From the NCBI RefSeq assembly GCF_018350175.1, contig NC_058368.1, positions 214,584,001 to 214,648,000 on the forward strand: a stretch of 64,000 nt of DNA, in the 5' to 3' direction. The notes beneath the pieces are model-generated. The model was not told where the DNA came from and made no database searches. It saw nothing but the letters and a program-made list of their open reading frames with translations. Shown here piece after piece: positions 13,126 through 25,931 of this stretch. The translations under genes and the position numbers were made by a program. How positions within the stretch are numbered: the stretch's first letter is position 1; each line of letters opens with the position of its first letter. The stretch is from Felis catus (taxonomy: Eukaryota).

Positions 13126-15468
13126 ATAAAAGTTACCTCCTGAATAGTTTTGATTGATTTCTCTTTACCACTTGGGAACATCTCTCAGAGAGAAACTATT
13201 ACTTTAAGGAAATAAAATGCTTTAATTTTTTTCTATCAATGTTATGAGCTTTCTAAAATTATGAATTTGAAGTCTATATATTTTTAATCTTTCTCACACC
13301 TCTTTTAGAATTTCAAACTGCACAACCTTATGATCACTATCTTTCAAATTGTCTTTCTTGAGAAAAATGAGTCACTGTTTGATTTTTATGTGCACTGACT
13401 GTGACCTTAAATTGTTACTTTATTATGCATAACTCATAGTGCCTTAGATTCATTTAATTGGGAAAGTCCAATTGTGTGGTTTCTAATTCTGCTAATGTAA
13501 TGCTGTTGGGCCAAGGGGAGGTATAGAGAAAATTTTAAATTACTTGCTATTTCTATTAATTAATAATTGGTTCAATTCTCCTTAGTAAAATGTAATATCC
13601 CTTTAATTGTACTAGGATTCCTCTATTATGGAGTGAAAATAAGGTAAAAAGCAATATGACATTCTATTTTACAGATAAAGCCTTACACAAAAAGGTTTAG
13701 AAAATTAGTAACTGGTGCATTGTCAGTACATGAAATGATTACTAACTCTCTAATCTAATAGAGAATATTTTATATGATGGGAAAGTGAGATTAAATAATT
13801 GCCTCCTCAAATACAAGTTTTTCTTGACTAGATGCTACCAGTATGAGAGAGAGGAGAAGTAAATTTAAATTACAGATCATTAAAGACAGTAATTTATGGC
13901 AACAATTTTTTCAGAGATTTATTAGTGAAATTTCATAATCCCCAAGAACATGAAATAGGATGCTTACCTTTCTTTCCAACTTCAAATCCTTCAGGAAGAT
14001 GAATTTGAACTTATTGACCCTGAATTCAGTTACCAATAGCAACGCATAGACACATGAAAAACTATGAAGATATTGAGTTCCAATATCTAGCCATGAAATG
14101 GCTTCTTAAGATCATTTGGCAGGCAGCTCACTCACTTGTGTCCTCAAATTCTTTCCTTTGTCTAGCCAACTAACCACACAGTAACCATCAAATCTAGTCT
14201 TTTAGTCCTTACCCATTAACCAACCTCTGCTTACCTAATTCATCATATCCATGTGGTGGACACCGATTCAGATATCAGTAGAGCATATATTTTCTGCTAA
14301 CCAAGCATAGGCCCTAGACAGCCATGTTTCTGCTGTGTGGACTTGTTAACCCACCCACATGGCCATGATGTGCCTGCCTTCTATGTTGATCCTCAATATT
14401 TCCAATACTCAGCACTATCACTGTACATGGTAGATACTTAATTCTTTTGAGTGAGTGCATAAATGAATAATTGGGTGCCTGACTCCAGCTGGACTCATCA
14501 AATCCTCTCACTTGAAAATTACAACTGAGAAATGTGGAATTAGGATTTGATGGCTCAGTCTCATTAATCACAGAGCTCAAGAGGGAAAAATCTACAAAAG
14601 TTGCTGATTCTAAGTTACCCATACCTGATCAGGTTCCTATTCACTGAAGTATGGTTGCCTAGCTCTACTTTAGATTATGAGAGGTATCTCAGTATCTATC
14701 AGGTAATCTATTGTGCAAATTACATTTCTTGCAATTGCTCATTTTTTTACTCTTAGGCATCATTTTGATCTTCTGAAAGAGTGTGCTTGAGAGTGTGTGG
14801 GTAGGAATAGACTGCACATATGCATGCATGTATGAGTATGTATTGTGTTTAATTATAGCAGACACAAAGAAAAGACATCAATTGGGTATGTAACTGTGAA
14901 TGCATGTTGTTTATCATCCTGGAATTGCACATAGATTATTAGTTTTTGTATGTTTTTCTTAGCATCAGATATGTATCTGGATATATAGGTTTGGGAAGGC
15001 ATATGTTTAAAATTAGTATGGGCTATGCACGTACAAATAGATGTATTTAAGATAATGTCTGATTTTAGTGTAACTTACCATTTTTTATATGTTTCCATCT
15101 TGGATTGAAAGCCACCATGCCTTCTTTTATCTTTTTAATATTATGGATGGATTTTATTACTCTGTTTATTTTTTTGTTTATATGTTGTTTTTATTAATTT
15201 AAAAATCTATTTTTATTTTTATTTTTTATTTTTTATTTTATTTTTTTTATATGAAATTTATTGACAAATTAGTTTCCATACAACACCCAGTGCTCATCCC
15301 AAAAGGTGCCCTCCTCAATACCCATCACCCACCCTCTCCTCCCTCCCACCCCCCATCAACCCTCAGTTTGTTCTCAGTTTTTAAGAGTCTCTTATGCTTT
15401 GGCTCTCTCCCACTCTAACCTGTTTTTTTTTTTTTCCTTCCCCTCCCCCATGGGTTCCTGTTAATTTC

Positions 15469-18400
15469 TCAGGGTCCACATAAGAGTGAAACCATATGGT
15501 ATCTGTCTTTCTCTGTATGGCTTATTTCACTTAGCATCACACTCTCCAGTTCCATCCACGTTGCTACAAAAGGCCATATTTCATTTTTTCTCATTGCCAC
15601 GTAATATTCCATTGTGTATATAAACCACAATTTCTTTATCCATTCATCAGTTGATGGACATTTAGGCTCTTTCCATAATTTGGCTATTGTTGAGAGTGCT
15701 GCTATGAACATTGGGGTACAAGTGGCCCTATGCATCAGTACTCCTGTATCCCTTGGATAAATTCCTAGCAGTGCTATTGCTGGGTCATAGGGTAGGTCTA
15801 TTTTTAATTTTCTGAGGAACCTCCACACTGCTTTCCAGAGCGGCTGCACCAATTTGCATTCCCACCAACAGTGCAAGAGGGTTCCCGTTTCTCCACATCC
15901 TCTCCAGCATCTATAGTCTCCTGATTTGTTCATTTTGGCCACTCTGACTGGCGTGAGGTGATACCTGAGTGTGGTTTTGATTTGTATTTCCCTGATAAGG
16001 AGCGACGCTGAACATCTTTTCATGTGCCTGTTGGCCATCCGGATGTCTTCTTTAGAGAAGTGTCTATTCATGTTTTCTGCCCATTTCTTCACTGGGTTAT
16101 TTGTTTTTCGGGTGTGGAGTTTGGTGAGCTCTTTATAGATTTTGGATACTAGCCCTTTGTCCGATATGTCACTTGCAAATATCTTTTCCCATTCCGTTGG
16201 TTGCCTTTTAGTTTTGTTGGTTGTTTCCTTTGCTGTGCAGAAGCTTTTTATCTTCATAAGGTCCCAGTAATTCACTTTTGCTTTTAATTCCCTTGCCTTT
16301 GGGGATGTGTCGAGTAAGAGATTGCTACGGCTGAGGTCAGAGAGGTCTTTTCCTGCTTTCTCCTCTAAGGTTTTGATGGTTTCCTGTCTCACATTTAGGT
16401 CCTTTATCCATTTGGAGTTTATTTTTGTGAATGGTGTGAGAAAGTGGTCTAGTTTCAACCTTCTGCATGTTGCTGTCCAGTTCTCCCAGCACCATTTGTT
16501 AAAGAGGCTGTCTTTTTTCCATTGGATGTTCTTTCCTGCTTTGTCAAAGATGAGTTGGCCATACGTTTGTGGGTCTAGTTCTGGGGTTTCTATTCTATTC
16601 CATTGGTCTATGTGTCTGTTTCTGTGCTAATACCATGCTGTCTTGATGATGACAGCTTTGTAGTAGAGGCTAAAGTCTGGGATTGTGATGCCTCCTGCTT
16701 TGGTCTTCTTCTTCAAAATTCCTTTGGCTATACGGGGCGTTTTGTGGTTCCATATGAATTTTAGGATTGCTTGTTCTAGTTTCGAGAAGAATGCTGGTGC
16801 AATTTTGATTGGGATTGCATTGAATGTGTAGATAGCTTTGGGTAGTATTGACATTTTGACAATATTTATTTTTCCAATCCATGATCAGGGAATGTCTTTC
16901 CATTTCTTTAAATCTTCTTCAATTTCCTTCATAAGCTTTCTATAGTTTTCAGCATACAGATCCTTTACATCTTTGGTTAGATTTATTCCTAGGTATTTTA
17001 TGCTTCTTGGTGCAATTGTGAATGGGATCAGTTTCTTTATTTGTCTTTCTGTTGCTTCATTGTTAGTGTATAAGAATGCAACTGATTTCTGTACATTGAT
17101 TTTGTATCCTGCAACTTTGCTGAATTCATGTATCAGTTCTAGTAGACTTTTGGTGGAGTCTATCGGATTTTCCATGTATAATATCATGTCATCTGCAAAA
17201 AGCGAAAGCTTGACTTCGTCTTTGCCAATTTTGATGCCTTTGATTTCCTTTTGTTGTCTGATTGCTGATGCTAGAACTTCCAGCACTATGTTAAACAGCA
17301 GCGGTGAGAGTGGGCATCCTTGTCGTGTTCCTGATCTCAGAGAAAAAGCTCTCAGTTTTTCCTCATTGAGGATGATGTTAGCTGTGGGCTTTTCATAAAT
17401 GGCTTTTATGATGTTTAAGTATGTTCCTTCTATCCCGACTTTCTCAAGGGTTTTTATTAAGAAAGGGTGCTGGATTTTGTCAAAGGCCTTTTCTGCATCG
17501 ATTGACAGGATCATATGTTTCTTCTCTTTTTTTTTGTTAATATGATGTATCACATTGATTGATTTGCGAATGTTGAACCAGCCCTGCATCCCAGGAATGA
17601 ATCCCACTTGATCATGGTGAATAATTCTTTTTATATGCCATTGAATTCGATTTGCTAGTATCTTATTGAGAATTTTTGCATCCATATTCATCAGGGATAT
17701 TGGCCTGTAGTTCTCTTTTTTTACTGGGTCTCTGTCTGGTTTAGGAATCAAAGTAATACTGGCTTCATAGAATGAGTCTGGAAGTTTTCCTTCCCTTTCT
17801 ATTTCTTGGAATAGCTTGAGAAGGATAGGTATTATCTCTGCTTTAAACGTCTGGTAGAACTCCCCTGGGAAGCCATCTGGTCCTGGACTCTTATTTGTTG
17901 GGAGATTTTTGATAACCGATTCAATTTCTTCACTGGTTATGGGTCTGTTCAAGCTTTCTATTTCCTCCTGATTGAGTTTTGGAAGAGTGTGGGTGTTCAG
18001 GAATTTGTCCATTTCTTCCAGGTTGTCCAATTTGTTGGCATATAATTTTTCATAGTATTCCCTGATAATTGTTTGTATCTCTGAGGGATTGGTTGTAATA
18101 ATTCCATTTTCATTCATGATTTTATCTATTTGGGTCATTTCCCTTTTCTTTTTGAGAAACCTGGCCAGAGGTTTGTCAATTTTGTTTATTTTTTCAAAAA
18201 ACCATCTCTTGGTTTCGTTGATCTGCTCTACTGTTTTTTTAGATTCTATATTGTTTATTTCTGCTCTGATCTTTATTATTTCTCTTCTTCTGCTGGGTTT
18301 AGGCTGCCTTTGCTGTTCTGCTTCTAGTTCCTTTAGGTGTGCTGTTAGATTTTGTATTTGGGATTTTTCTTGTTTCTTGAGATAGGCCTGGATTGCAATG

Positions 18401-19293
18401 TATTTTCCTCTCAGGACTGCCTTCGCTGCGTCCCAAAGCGTTTGGATTGTTGTATTTTCATTTTCGTTTGTTTCCATATATTTTTTAATTTCTTCTCTAA
18501 TTGCCTGGTTGACCCACTCATTCGTTAGTAGGGTGTTCTTTAACCTCCATGCCTTTGGAGGTTTTCCAGACTTTTTCCTGTGGTTGATTTCAAGCTTCAT
18601 AGCATTGTGGTCTGAAAGTATGCATGGTATAATTTCAATTCTTGTAAACTTATGAAGGGCTGTTTTGTGACCCAGTATATGATCTATCTTGGAGAATGTT
18701 CCATGTGCACTCGAGAAGAAAGTATATTCTGTTGCTTTGGGATGCAGCGTTTTAAATATATCTGTCAAGTCCATCTGATCCAATGTCTCATTCAGGGCCC
18801 TTGTTTCTTTATTGACCGTGTGTCTAGATGATCTGTCCATTTCTGTAAGTGGGGTGTTAAAGTCCCCTGCAATTACCACATTCTTATCAATAAGGTTGCT
18901 TATGTTTATGAGTAATTGTTTTATATATTTGGGGGCTCCGGTATTCGGCGCATAGACATTTATAATTGTTAGCTCTTCCTGATGGATAGACCCTGTAACT
19001 ATTATATAATGTCCTTCTTCATCTCTTGTTACAGCCTTTAATTTAAAGTCTAGTTTGTCTGATATAAGTATGGCTACTCCAGCTTTCTTTTGGCTTCCAG
19101 TCGCATGATAAATAGTTCTCCATCCCCTCACTCTCAATCTAAAGATGTCCTCAGGTCTAAAATGAGTCTCTTGTAGACAGCAAATAGATGGGTCTTGTTT
19201 TTTTATCCATTCTGATACCCTATGTCTTTTGGTTGGTGCATTTAATCCATTTACATTCAGTGTTATTATAGAAAGATACGGGTTGAGAGTGAT
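15469..19293 (-). pseudogene. L1 ORF2p (endonuclease/reverse transcriptase), 1274 codons plus stop, no frameshift, two premature stops, start codon ATC
   Basis: ORFs 16885-19347, 16627-16854 and 15469-16458 share one frame. EN motifs NVNG, LQETH, GDFNT, KIDH, SDHN; RT motifs QGCPLSP and FADDM; Cys-rich CWRGC..HCWWEC. TGA at 16885-16887 and TAG at 16627-16629. Confidence 0.95.
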
Positions 19294-19343
19294 TGTGATG
19301 TCTGTATGTTTTATGCTTGTAGTGATGTCTCTGGGACTTTGTC

Positions 19344-20237
19344 TCACAGGGTCCCCCTTAGGATCTCTTGTAGGGCTGGTTTAGTGGTGACAAATTCCTT
19401 CAGTTTTTGCTTGTTTGGGAAGACCTTTATCTCTCCTTCTATTCTAAATGACAGACTTGCTGGGTAAAGGATTCTCGGCTGCATATTTTTTCTGTCTAGC
19501 ACCCTGAAAATCTCGTGCCAATTCTTTCTGGCCTGCCAAGTTTCAAAAGAGAGATCAGTCACGTGTCTTATAGGTCTCCCTTTATATGTGAGGGCACGTT
19601 TACCCCTTGCTGCTTTCAGAATTTTCTCTTTATCCTTGTATTTTGCCAGTTTCACTATGATATGTCGTGCAGAAGATCGATTCAAGTTACGTCTGAAGGG
19701 AGTTCTCTGTGCCTCTTGGATTTCAATGCCTTTTTCCTTCCCCAGTTCAGGGAAGTTCTCAGCTATTATTTCTTCAAGTACCCCTTCAGCACCTTTCCCT
19801 CTCTCTTCCTCCTCTGGGATACCAATTATGTGTATATTATTTCTTTTTAGTGTATCACTTAGTTCTCTAATTTTCCCCTCATACTCCTGGATTTTTTTAT
19901 CTCTCTTTTTCTCAGCTTCCTCTTTTTCCATAACTTTATCCTCTAGTTCACCTATTCTCTCCTCTGCCTCTTCAAGCCGAGCTGTGGTGGTTTCCATTTT
20001 GTTATGCATTTCGTTTAAAGCATTTTTCAGCTCCTCGTGACTGTTCCTTAGTCCCTTGATCTCTGTAGCAAGAGATTCTCTGCTGTCCTGTATACTGTTT
20101 TCAAGCCCAGCGATTAATTTTATGACTATTATTCTAAATTCACTTTCTGTTATATTATTTAAATCCTTTTTGATCAGCTCATTAGCTGTTGTTATTTCCT
20201 GGAGATTCTTCTGAGGGGAATTCTTCCGCTTGGTCAT
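19344..20237 (-). CDS. L1 ORF1p (RNA-binding chaperone), intact, 297 aa
   Basis: ATG at 20237 ([10 protein letters not shown]). Coiled coil, RRM entry [13 protein letters not shown] and C-terminal domain ILYPASLSF...[12 protein letters not shown]; no internal stop. Confidence 0.95.
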   Translation of the reverse strand: MTKRKNSPQKNLQEITTANELIKKDLNNITESEFRIIVIKLIAGLENSIQDSRESLATEIKGLRNSHEELKNALNEMHNKMETTTARLEEAEERIGELEDKVMEKEEAEKKRDKKIQEYEGKIRELSDTLKRNNIHIIGIPEEEERGKGAEGVLEEIIAENFPELGKEKGIEIQEAQRTPFRRNLNRSSARHIIVKLAKYKDKEKILKAARGKRALTYKGRPIRHVTDLSFETWQARKNWHEIFRVLDRKNMQPRILYPASLSFRIEGEIKVFPNKQKLKEFVTTKPALQEILRGTL

Positions 20238-21167
20238 TTTGGATAGTCCCTGGCGTGGTGAGGACCTGCAGGGCACTTCCCCTGTGTTGTGGTGTATAAC
20301 TGGAGTTGGTGGGCGGGGCCGCAGTCAGACCTGATGTCTGCCCCCAGCCCACTGCTGGGGCCACAGTCAGACTGGTGTGTGCCTTCTCTTCCCCTCTCCT
20401 AGGGGCGGGATTCACTGTGGGGTGGTGTGGCCCGTCTGGGCTACTTGCACACTGCCAGGCTTGTGATGCTGGGGATCTGGCGTATTAGCTGGGGTGGGTA
20501 GGCAAGGTGCACGGGGGCAGGAGGGGCAGGCTTAGATCGCTTCTCCTTAGGTGATCCTCTTCAGGAGGGGCCCTGTGGCAGCGGGAGGGAGTCAGATCCG
20601 CTGCCGGAGGTTTGGCTCCGCAGAAGCGCAGAGTTGGGTGTTTGCGCGGAGCGAGCAAGTTCCCTGGCAGGAACTGGTTCCCTTTGGGATTTTGGCTGGG
20701 GGATGGGCGGGGGAGGTGGTGCTGGCGAGCGCCTTTGTTCCCCACCAAGCTGAGCTCTGTCGTCAGGGGGCTCAGCAGCTCTCCCTCCCTTTGTCCTCCA
20801 GCCTTCCCGCTTTCCGAGCAGAGCTGTTAACTTATGACCTCCCAGACGCTAGGTCGCGCTTGTTGTGGGAACACAGTCCGTCAGGCCCCTCCGCTTTTGC
20901 CAGCCAGACTCGGGGGCTCTGCTTGGCCGGCGAGCCGCCCCTCCGCCCCGGCTCCCTCCCGCCAGTCCGTGGAGCGCGCACCGCCTCGCCACCCTTCCTA
21001 CCCTCTTCCGTGGGCCTCTCGTCTGGGTTTGGCTCCGGCGACTCCGTTCTGCTAATCCTCTGGCGGTTTTCTGGGTTATTTAGGCAGGTGTAGGTGGAAT
21101 CTAAGTGATCAGCAGGACGCGCGGTGAGCCCAGCGTCCTCCTAAGCCGCCATCTTGCCGCTTCTCTC
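20238..21167 (-). promoter_or_regulatory. L1 internal Pol II promoter / CpG-rich 5'UTR
   Basis: Only CpG-dense stretch in the window, with a YY1 site at the element's 5' end as in mammalian L1 promoters. Confidence 0.85.
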
Positions 21168-23599
21168 AATCTATCTATTTTTAAAAGTTCTAACTAAAAA
21201 ACAACAAAAAACAAGAAAAAAATCAAGATTTTTTTAGCTACTTATTCTTTGCATCTTTCTCCTGTTTTATTAGCCACATTTGTTCTGGTTCATTCGTCAA
21301 ACCAGCATTCTTACGAGCAAGATGTTTCTATTTAGAACTTCTTACACTTGAGAGATGAAAGTATTAAATAATGTCTAATTTTGAGGTTTCCATTTCCATC
21401 CTATTATATTCCTTCATGTTAAAGGATTGTAGCCTTTTTAACTAATTTGATTAATCTGTCTTTAGTATCATAGGCTATTTTAAAAACAAAATTTTCACAG
21501 TTTGCTGATTATCAAATGGTATTTGGAACTCTAATTTCTGTTTATTTTTCATAAGCTGGGAATACTGAAGAGATAAGAGATTACTCTAAATTTATACTTC
21601 CTTCTAAAACAGAAACTTAAAACATTTCTAAATAATTATAAATGTGGAATTATAAATATGAACGGATGTTTTCCTGATATGAAGGGGTATTTTTAAGATG
21701 CACAGATGAGAAATTCAAGATTCACTGGGTTTCTTGCAGGAGATCCCATTCCAGGTTGGAAATAATCCTTTAAAAGAGAGAAGTTCCAGGGTCGGGATCC
21801 CATATGACTTAAAATTTTAATTGCATTATTGCATTTTATTTTATATGAGTGGTGAAATGACTGCATGAGAATAGTTCAAGGTTTTGTGCTAGAGTTTTCC
21901 CATCTCTAGTCTCAGGAATAGTGCAGGATGTTTGTTTTTCCCCAAGTCTTGACATATTTTGGAGATGATTTTCAGTAGGGGTAGGAGTCCCTCAACACGG
22001 ACTGGCTTACATTTTACTGTTGTGTGAGGAATAGGGTTGTTGAGGTCATGTGGTAAGCAGTTTTAATATTGGCAGTTTCTTTGTTTGAGTCTTTTCTAAT
22101 CTTTCAATTCTATGCTCATTACTTATTGAAGGGGGTCTTTAAAGGATGATGAGACAATACAAAGGGTCAAACTGTCATATTAGACCAGGGGCAATCACAA
22201 GACACAGGCAATTTCTTCTTCCTTTGGGGAAGTCTACCACTACCAATTCAACTCTGAAAATGTCCTTCATCTCTGGCATTGTTAAAGCCAGTCACTCCCA
22301 ACTAAATCCATGCATTCCGTGTTTTTCTTTAATAAGTAACCTAGAAAAATCCAGTGTATTCCTCTAAAAGTATTTCATAGGTAAGTACTGTCCATTATAT
22401 TTCTGCTAGTATGTTTACCAGGAAGTCTAGTTTGGAGCCATATTTACAATGGCATTTGACTACGGCCATTCTTTGTGGTTTTATCATTTTAGAAAAGTTC
22501 ATTTCTTGGTTTCACTTGGTTTATCATAGTAGTCTATCTTACTTTGTTGTCTTTTAGGATATTCCAAAGTGGACCAGGAATTCAGGTCTTCAAGGTTAAC
22601 TGTATTCTGGAAGGATGAGGGTATATTTCAAATGAGGTAGAACTGATTTAGGTGTTAAGTCGTGGTAGTCTGTGATGCAGTTTTGATCTGTCACTGTGTG
22701 TGATATCCTGTGCCATCATACAGAAAAGGCAGAGTTCATTATATAATGGAGATGATTGTACCAGAAATATGTAAGAAATTCTGGTTTCTACTAAAATTTT
22801 CTTCTTGAAGTTTTAAGACTATTTTCAAGAAAAGTATTTTCTAAAGAAATAGGCCTTTAGTGAAGCACCTGGGAATAATGTCATTAAGTTGAGAAAAATG
22901 CCACAAGCTTCTTTTTATTGATCACACTCCCATGGGTTTAAATGCAATTTTTAATTAGAGTTATTACCAAAAATACCCTTTTATGTTTATTTTTAAAAAT
23001 ATTAGATCATATTTTGACACTTTTAACTTATAGATAGAATAACACATTCTGTGAAAGGTTAGAAAAATTCAGTCTGTGATCTGCCCTTGACATGATTCGT
23101 CAGTTATTTTCTGCATAAGTGATAATAAAACTTAAAGAACAGGTTATAGAGCTGATGCTTTTTCTCAAATCAAGTATATAACACTTAATTTACAAAATTG
23201 TTAAATTTTACAAAACACATTTGAAAAATCCATTACTATCTTCCCATATTTAATGATGTTGATTTTAGGAAAAGATGATCATGTAAACACTAAGATACAT
23301 TGATGATTATATATAAAGTATATAATAGTTATATTTATCCAAACAATTTAGTGCAGTTATCATCTTTGCATAATAAACTATAATAGAAATGGACTTTTAA
23401 TATTGGCATTTACATGAGAAATGTCTAAAGTTTTCAGTGGTGCAAACAATTTTTCTTTAATCACAAAATTCTTTTGTTTCTACGTTTCTTATAGTTTTGT
23501 AATGAAAGTTTATATGAATCTAGAATTTCAAGGTAGTCTATTGAGTTTTAAATAGTTTGAAGTTTGACATGTTATTATATAAAAATGATATGTATCTGT

Positions 23600-23965
23600 T
23601 CTAGTCCTGGGCCTGTTTCCCCTCAGATTGATTCTTGCTTTTTTCCCAGAAAGGAAAATCAAAAGGAGATTGCCCAGCAGGAGGTGATTCCCCTGTGTCC
23701 TGGTAATCCAGGGCTCTGGGCCCAGATAATGTCACCACTCCTTCCTGGCTTTTTTCCAGTCAGTAGGTAGAAGTGGCTTCATGCTTTTGCTAATCTCAGT
23801 GTTGCTTCCTCTCCCCTATCTGGCCATTCAGCAATTCCATCCTATGTGTAACCAATTCCCTGCATTAAATTGTATCATATGTGTAACCAATTCTCTGCAT
23901 TAAATTGTATCAGTTTCAAATGTTCAGTCATGTCAATTTCCTGGGCAAACATTGGTGGAAACATT
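23600..23965 (+). mobile_element. Ancient ERVL-type LTR relic (LTR33-like) with internal 35-bp duplication
   Basis: LTR-like 3' motif taaccaattccctgcattaaatt. Family assignment is from memory. Confidence 0.45.
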
Positions 23966-24207
23966 ACTGATAGTACGTTTTAAAGAATGCTAATGTATAA
24001 CCTAAAATCATGATTATAAATTGGAATATTCCTGGTAGATGAGCTCAAAAAGTCTAAGTTTAGTGTAGATTAGATACTATGAAACCAAGAAAGTAGTTGG
24101 GGAGTTCATCAATATTCTTTTCTTTCGTAACAGATCATTTGTTTCTCCATTACTGTAAAGTATTAGAACTATTTCTGTACTAGGGATTACAGTGTTGCTG
24201 GTGGTGG

Positions 24208-24275
24208 TTGTGTGAGAGTTTTGTGTGTTTATGTGTGTACATGTGTGTGTGCCTGTGTGTGTGTGTGTGTGTGTG
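24208..24275. repeat. (TG)n microsatellite, imperfect
   Basis: Direct reading. Confidence 0.9.
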
Positions 24276-25164
24276 ATCGCATTCAAGGAACATTGTTTAG
24301 CCAGCTTTAATGCTATCACAGCTAGCATTTGTGTATGTTTGTTTTGTTTATCTCAGCTCTGGTAAATCCACGAAAAACAGATGAAAGCCAAATCTTTCAT
24401 TATTCCTAAATCCCTGATTATGACATGTTTCTCCTAAAATGTGTCCCATAAGAGTGAACGAGGCATCTGTAAGTACGCATGGGTTATGGCGCAGTCCCCT
24501 CAGTGGCATTTTGTCCATATGGAGCTTAATTCTGTAAACTACCTATAACTAGGTATAAAATTCAGACAGAAAATAGCAATTTATCACAAGTGTCCAGCTG
24601 GTTACTTCTTCTAAGTGGTTATTTCCTAATCTGAAATCCAGCCCATTCACTGCCCACTTACATTTTTGAGCTATAAAATCAATAATAAATAGCAAGAACA
24701 TTCCCTGGAGAGATTAGCCATGCATTCCAACTGGGAAGAACAAATGAAGGGCAATGCCATAGCATTTTGTGCTTGGATTTTAATGTGAAATATAAAATGT
24801 GGAAAAATGGGAGTGCTCCTTCAATCAAGGTGATCAATAATGCAATGTAAGATTAAGTTTAAAATTCCCCCTGAATTCAGAAATGCTCCTTAAAAGCAAA
24901 TTTTTAGAGAAAGATGTTTTCAATTAGTATAATCTCAGAAATGACTTTTGTATATTTTACTGACTTACTGATTTTCCTTATCAGTTGAAAATACACATTT
25001 TGAGCTCTCTTCAAATAGAAGTCCTGAAATCTGCCTTAAAACTGTTGATTATATTGCCCTCTGAGGAAGTGCATTATTACTTCCAAATGCATATTCAACA
25101 GAACTGTGCTTTCCAAACATTTTCAATCCTATCTTGGATTATCTTATTTTCTTATCTGGCTTTT

Positions 25165-25340
25165 TATGTATACATGTATATAAATGTTTGAGAGTGTATT
25201 TGTTTACCTATATACACCTATATATATATACAAGTATGCATGTACATTTATATACATATATATATTTATATATATACACTATAAGCTTAAATAAACTTAT
25301 ATACAATATATATACATACATTCACATACACATACACATA
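25165..25340. repeat. (TA)/(TACA)-rich simple repeat
   Basis: Direct reading. Confidence 0.85.
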
Positions 25341-25639
25341 AAATTTTGCATAAATTATTTAATGGTAGGATGTTATCTTTCTCTCGTGTCCTTATATCCA
25401 TGGTTCATTATTTATTCATAAGTGTATTATAGGAAATTGAAATAAACAATCCATTATTAAATTAATGTTTGCTATAATTCCACTTTTTATAATAGTATAT
25501 GAAATATGCTATTGAAATATGTGAAATATCTATCTACCTATGAAATATAATAAAACTCCTTTGTTCTTAAGGGCTTGCAAACTAGGTGGTAAACAAACAA
25601 ACATATAAAAAAATGTAGGATTGTAGCAAAATCATAGTC

Positions 25640-25830
25640 AGTAAGTACCAATGCTATTTCACTGAATTCTTACCATCACACTAGGAAATAGTTATTACTA
25701 ATTTCCCTTCAGAGATAAGGAGATCCATTCAGAAATTAATTTAACCAAATCACATGGATAGTATGTAGCTTCTTGGAAATTTGAACACAAATATGAGCAA
25801 TTCTAAAGTCCTATTCTTTTCAGCATATAA
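25640..25830 (-). mobile_element. MIR relic
   Basis: Reverse MIR core (ttcccttcagagataagga...aaatcacatggatagt...atttgaacac...ttctaaagtcc). Confidence 0.6.
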
Positions 25831-25931
25831 TACTGACTTCCATAATAAAAATTAATACAATAAAATAGAATATATTGGAAGGTAGCCTGTAATTAAAAGA
25901 CAATTGAATACAATAGAAAGTAAACTAGCCA

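Larger units (their letters stand above)
15216..21167 (-). mobile_element. Young full-length felid LINE-1 (L1_Fc-like), ~5.95 kb
   Basis: Patterned A-tail, 3'UTR, ORF2, 50-bp spacer, ORF1 and a CpG-rich 5'UTR ending in YY1 motif CAAGATGGCGGC (21145-21156). TSD atctattttta at 15205-15215 and 21173-21183, with a TTTT/AA endonuclease site. Confidence 0.99.

Noticed and set aside
13995..14039. Acceptor-like site followed by EDEFELIDPEFSYQ-stop
   Set aside because: Too short, unrecognised, and without a supporting upstream exon.
14921..14940. aattgcac resembling a miR-92/363/367 seed
   Set aside because: No local pre-miRNA hairpin, and the rest does not match a mature miRNA I recall.
16307..20040. 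Plus-strand ORFs of 65-150 aa antisense to the young L1
   Set aside because: Shadow frames of L1 ORF1/ORF2, rich in Ser/Phe/Leu; typical artefacts.
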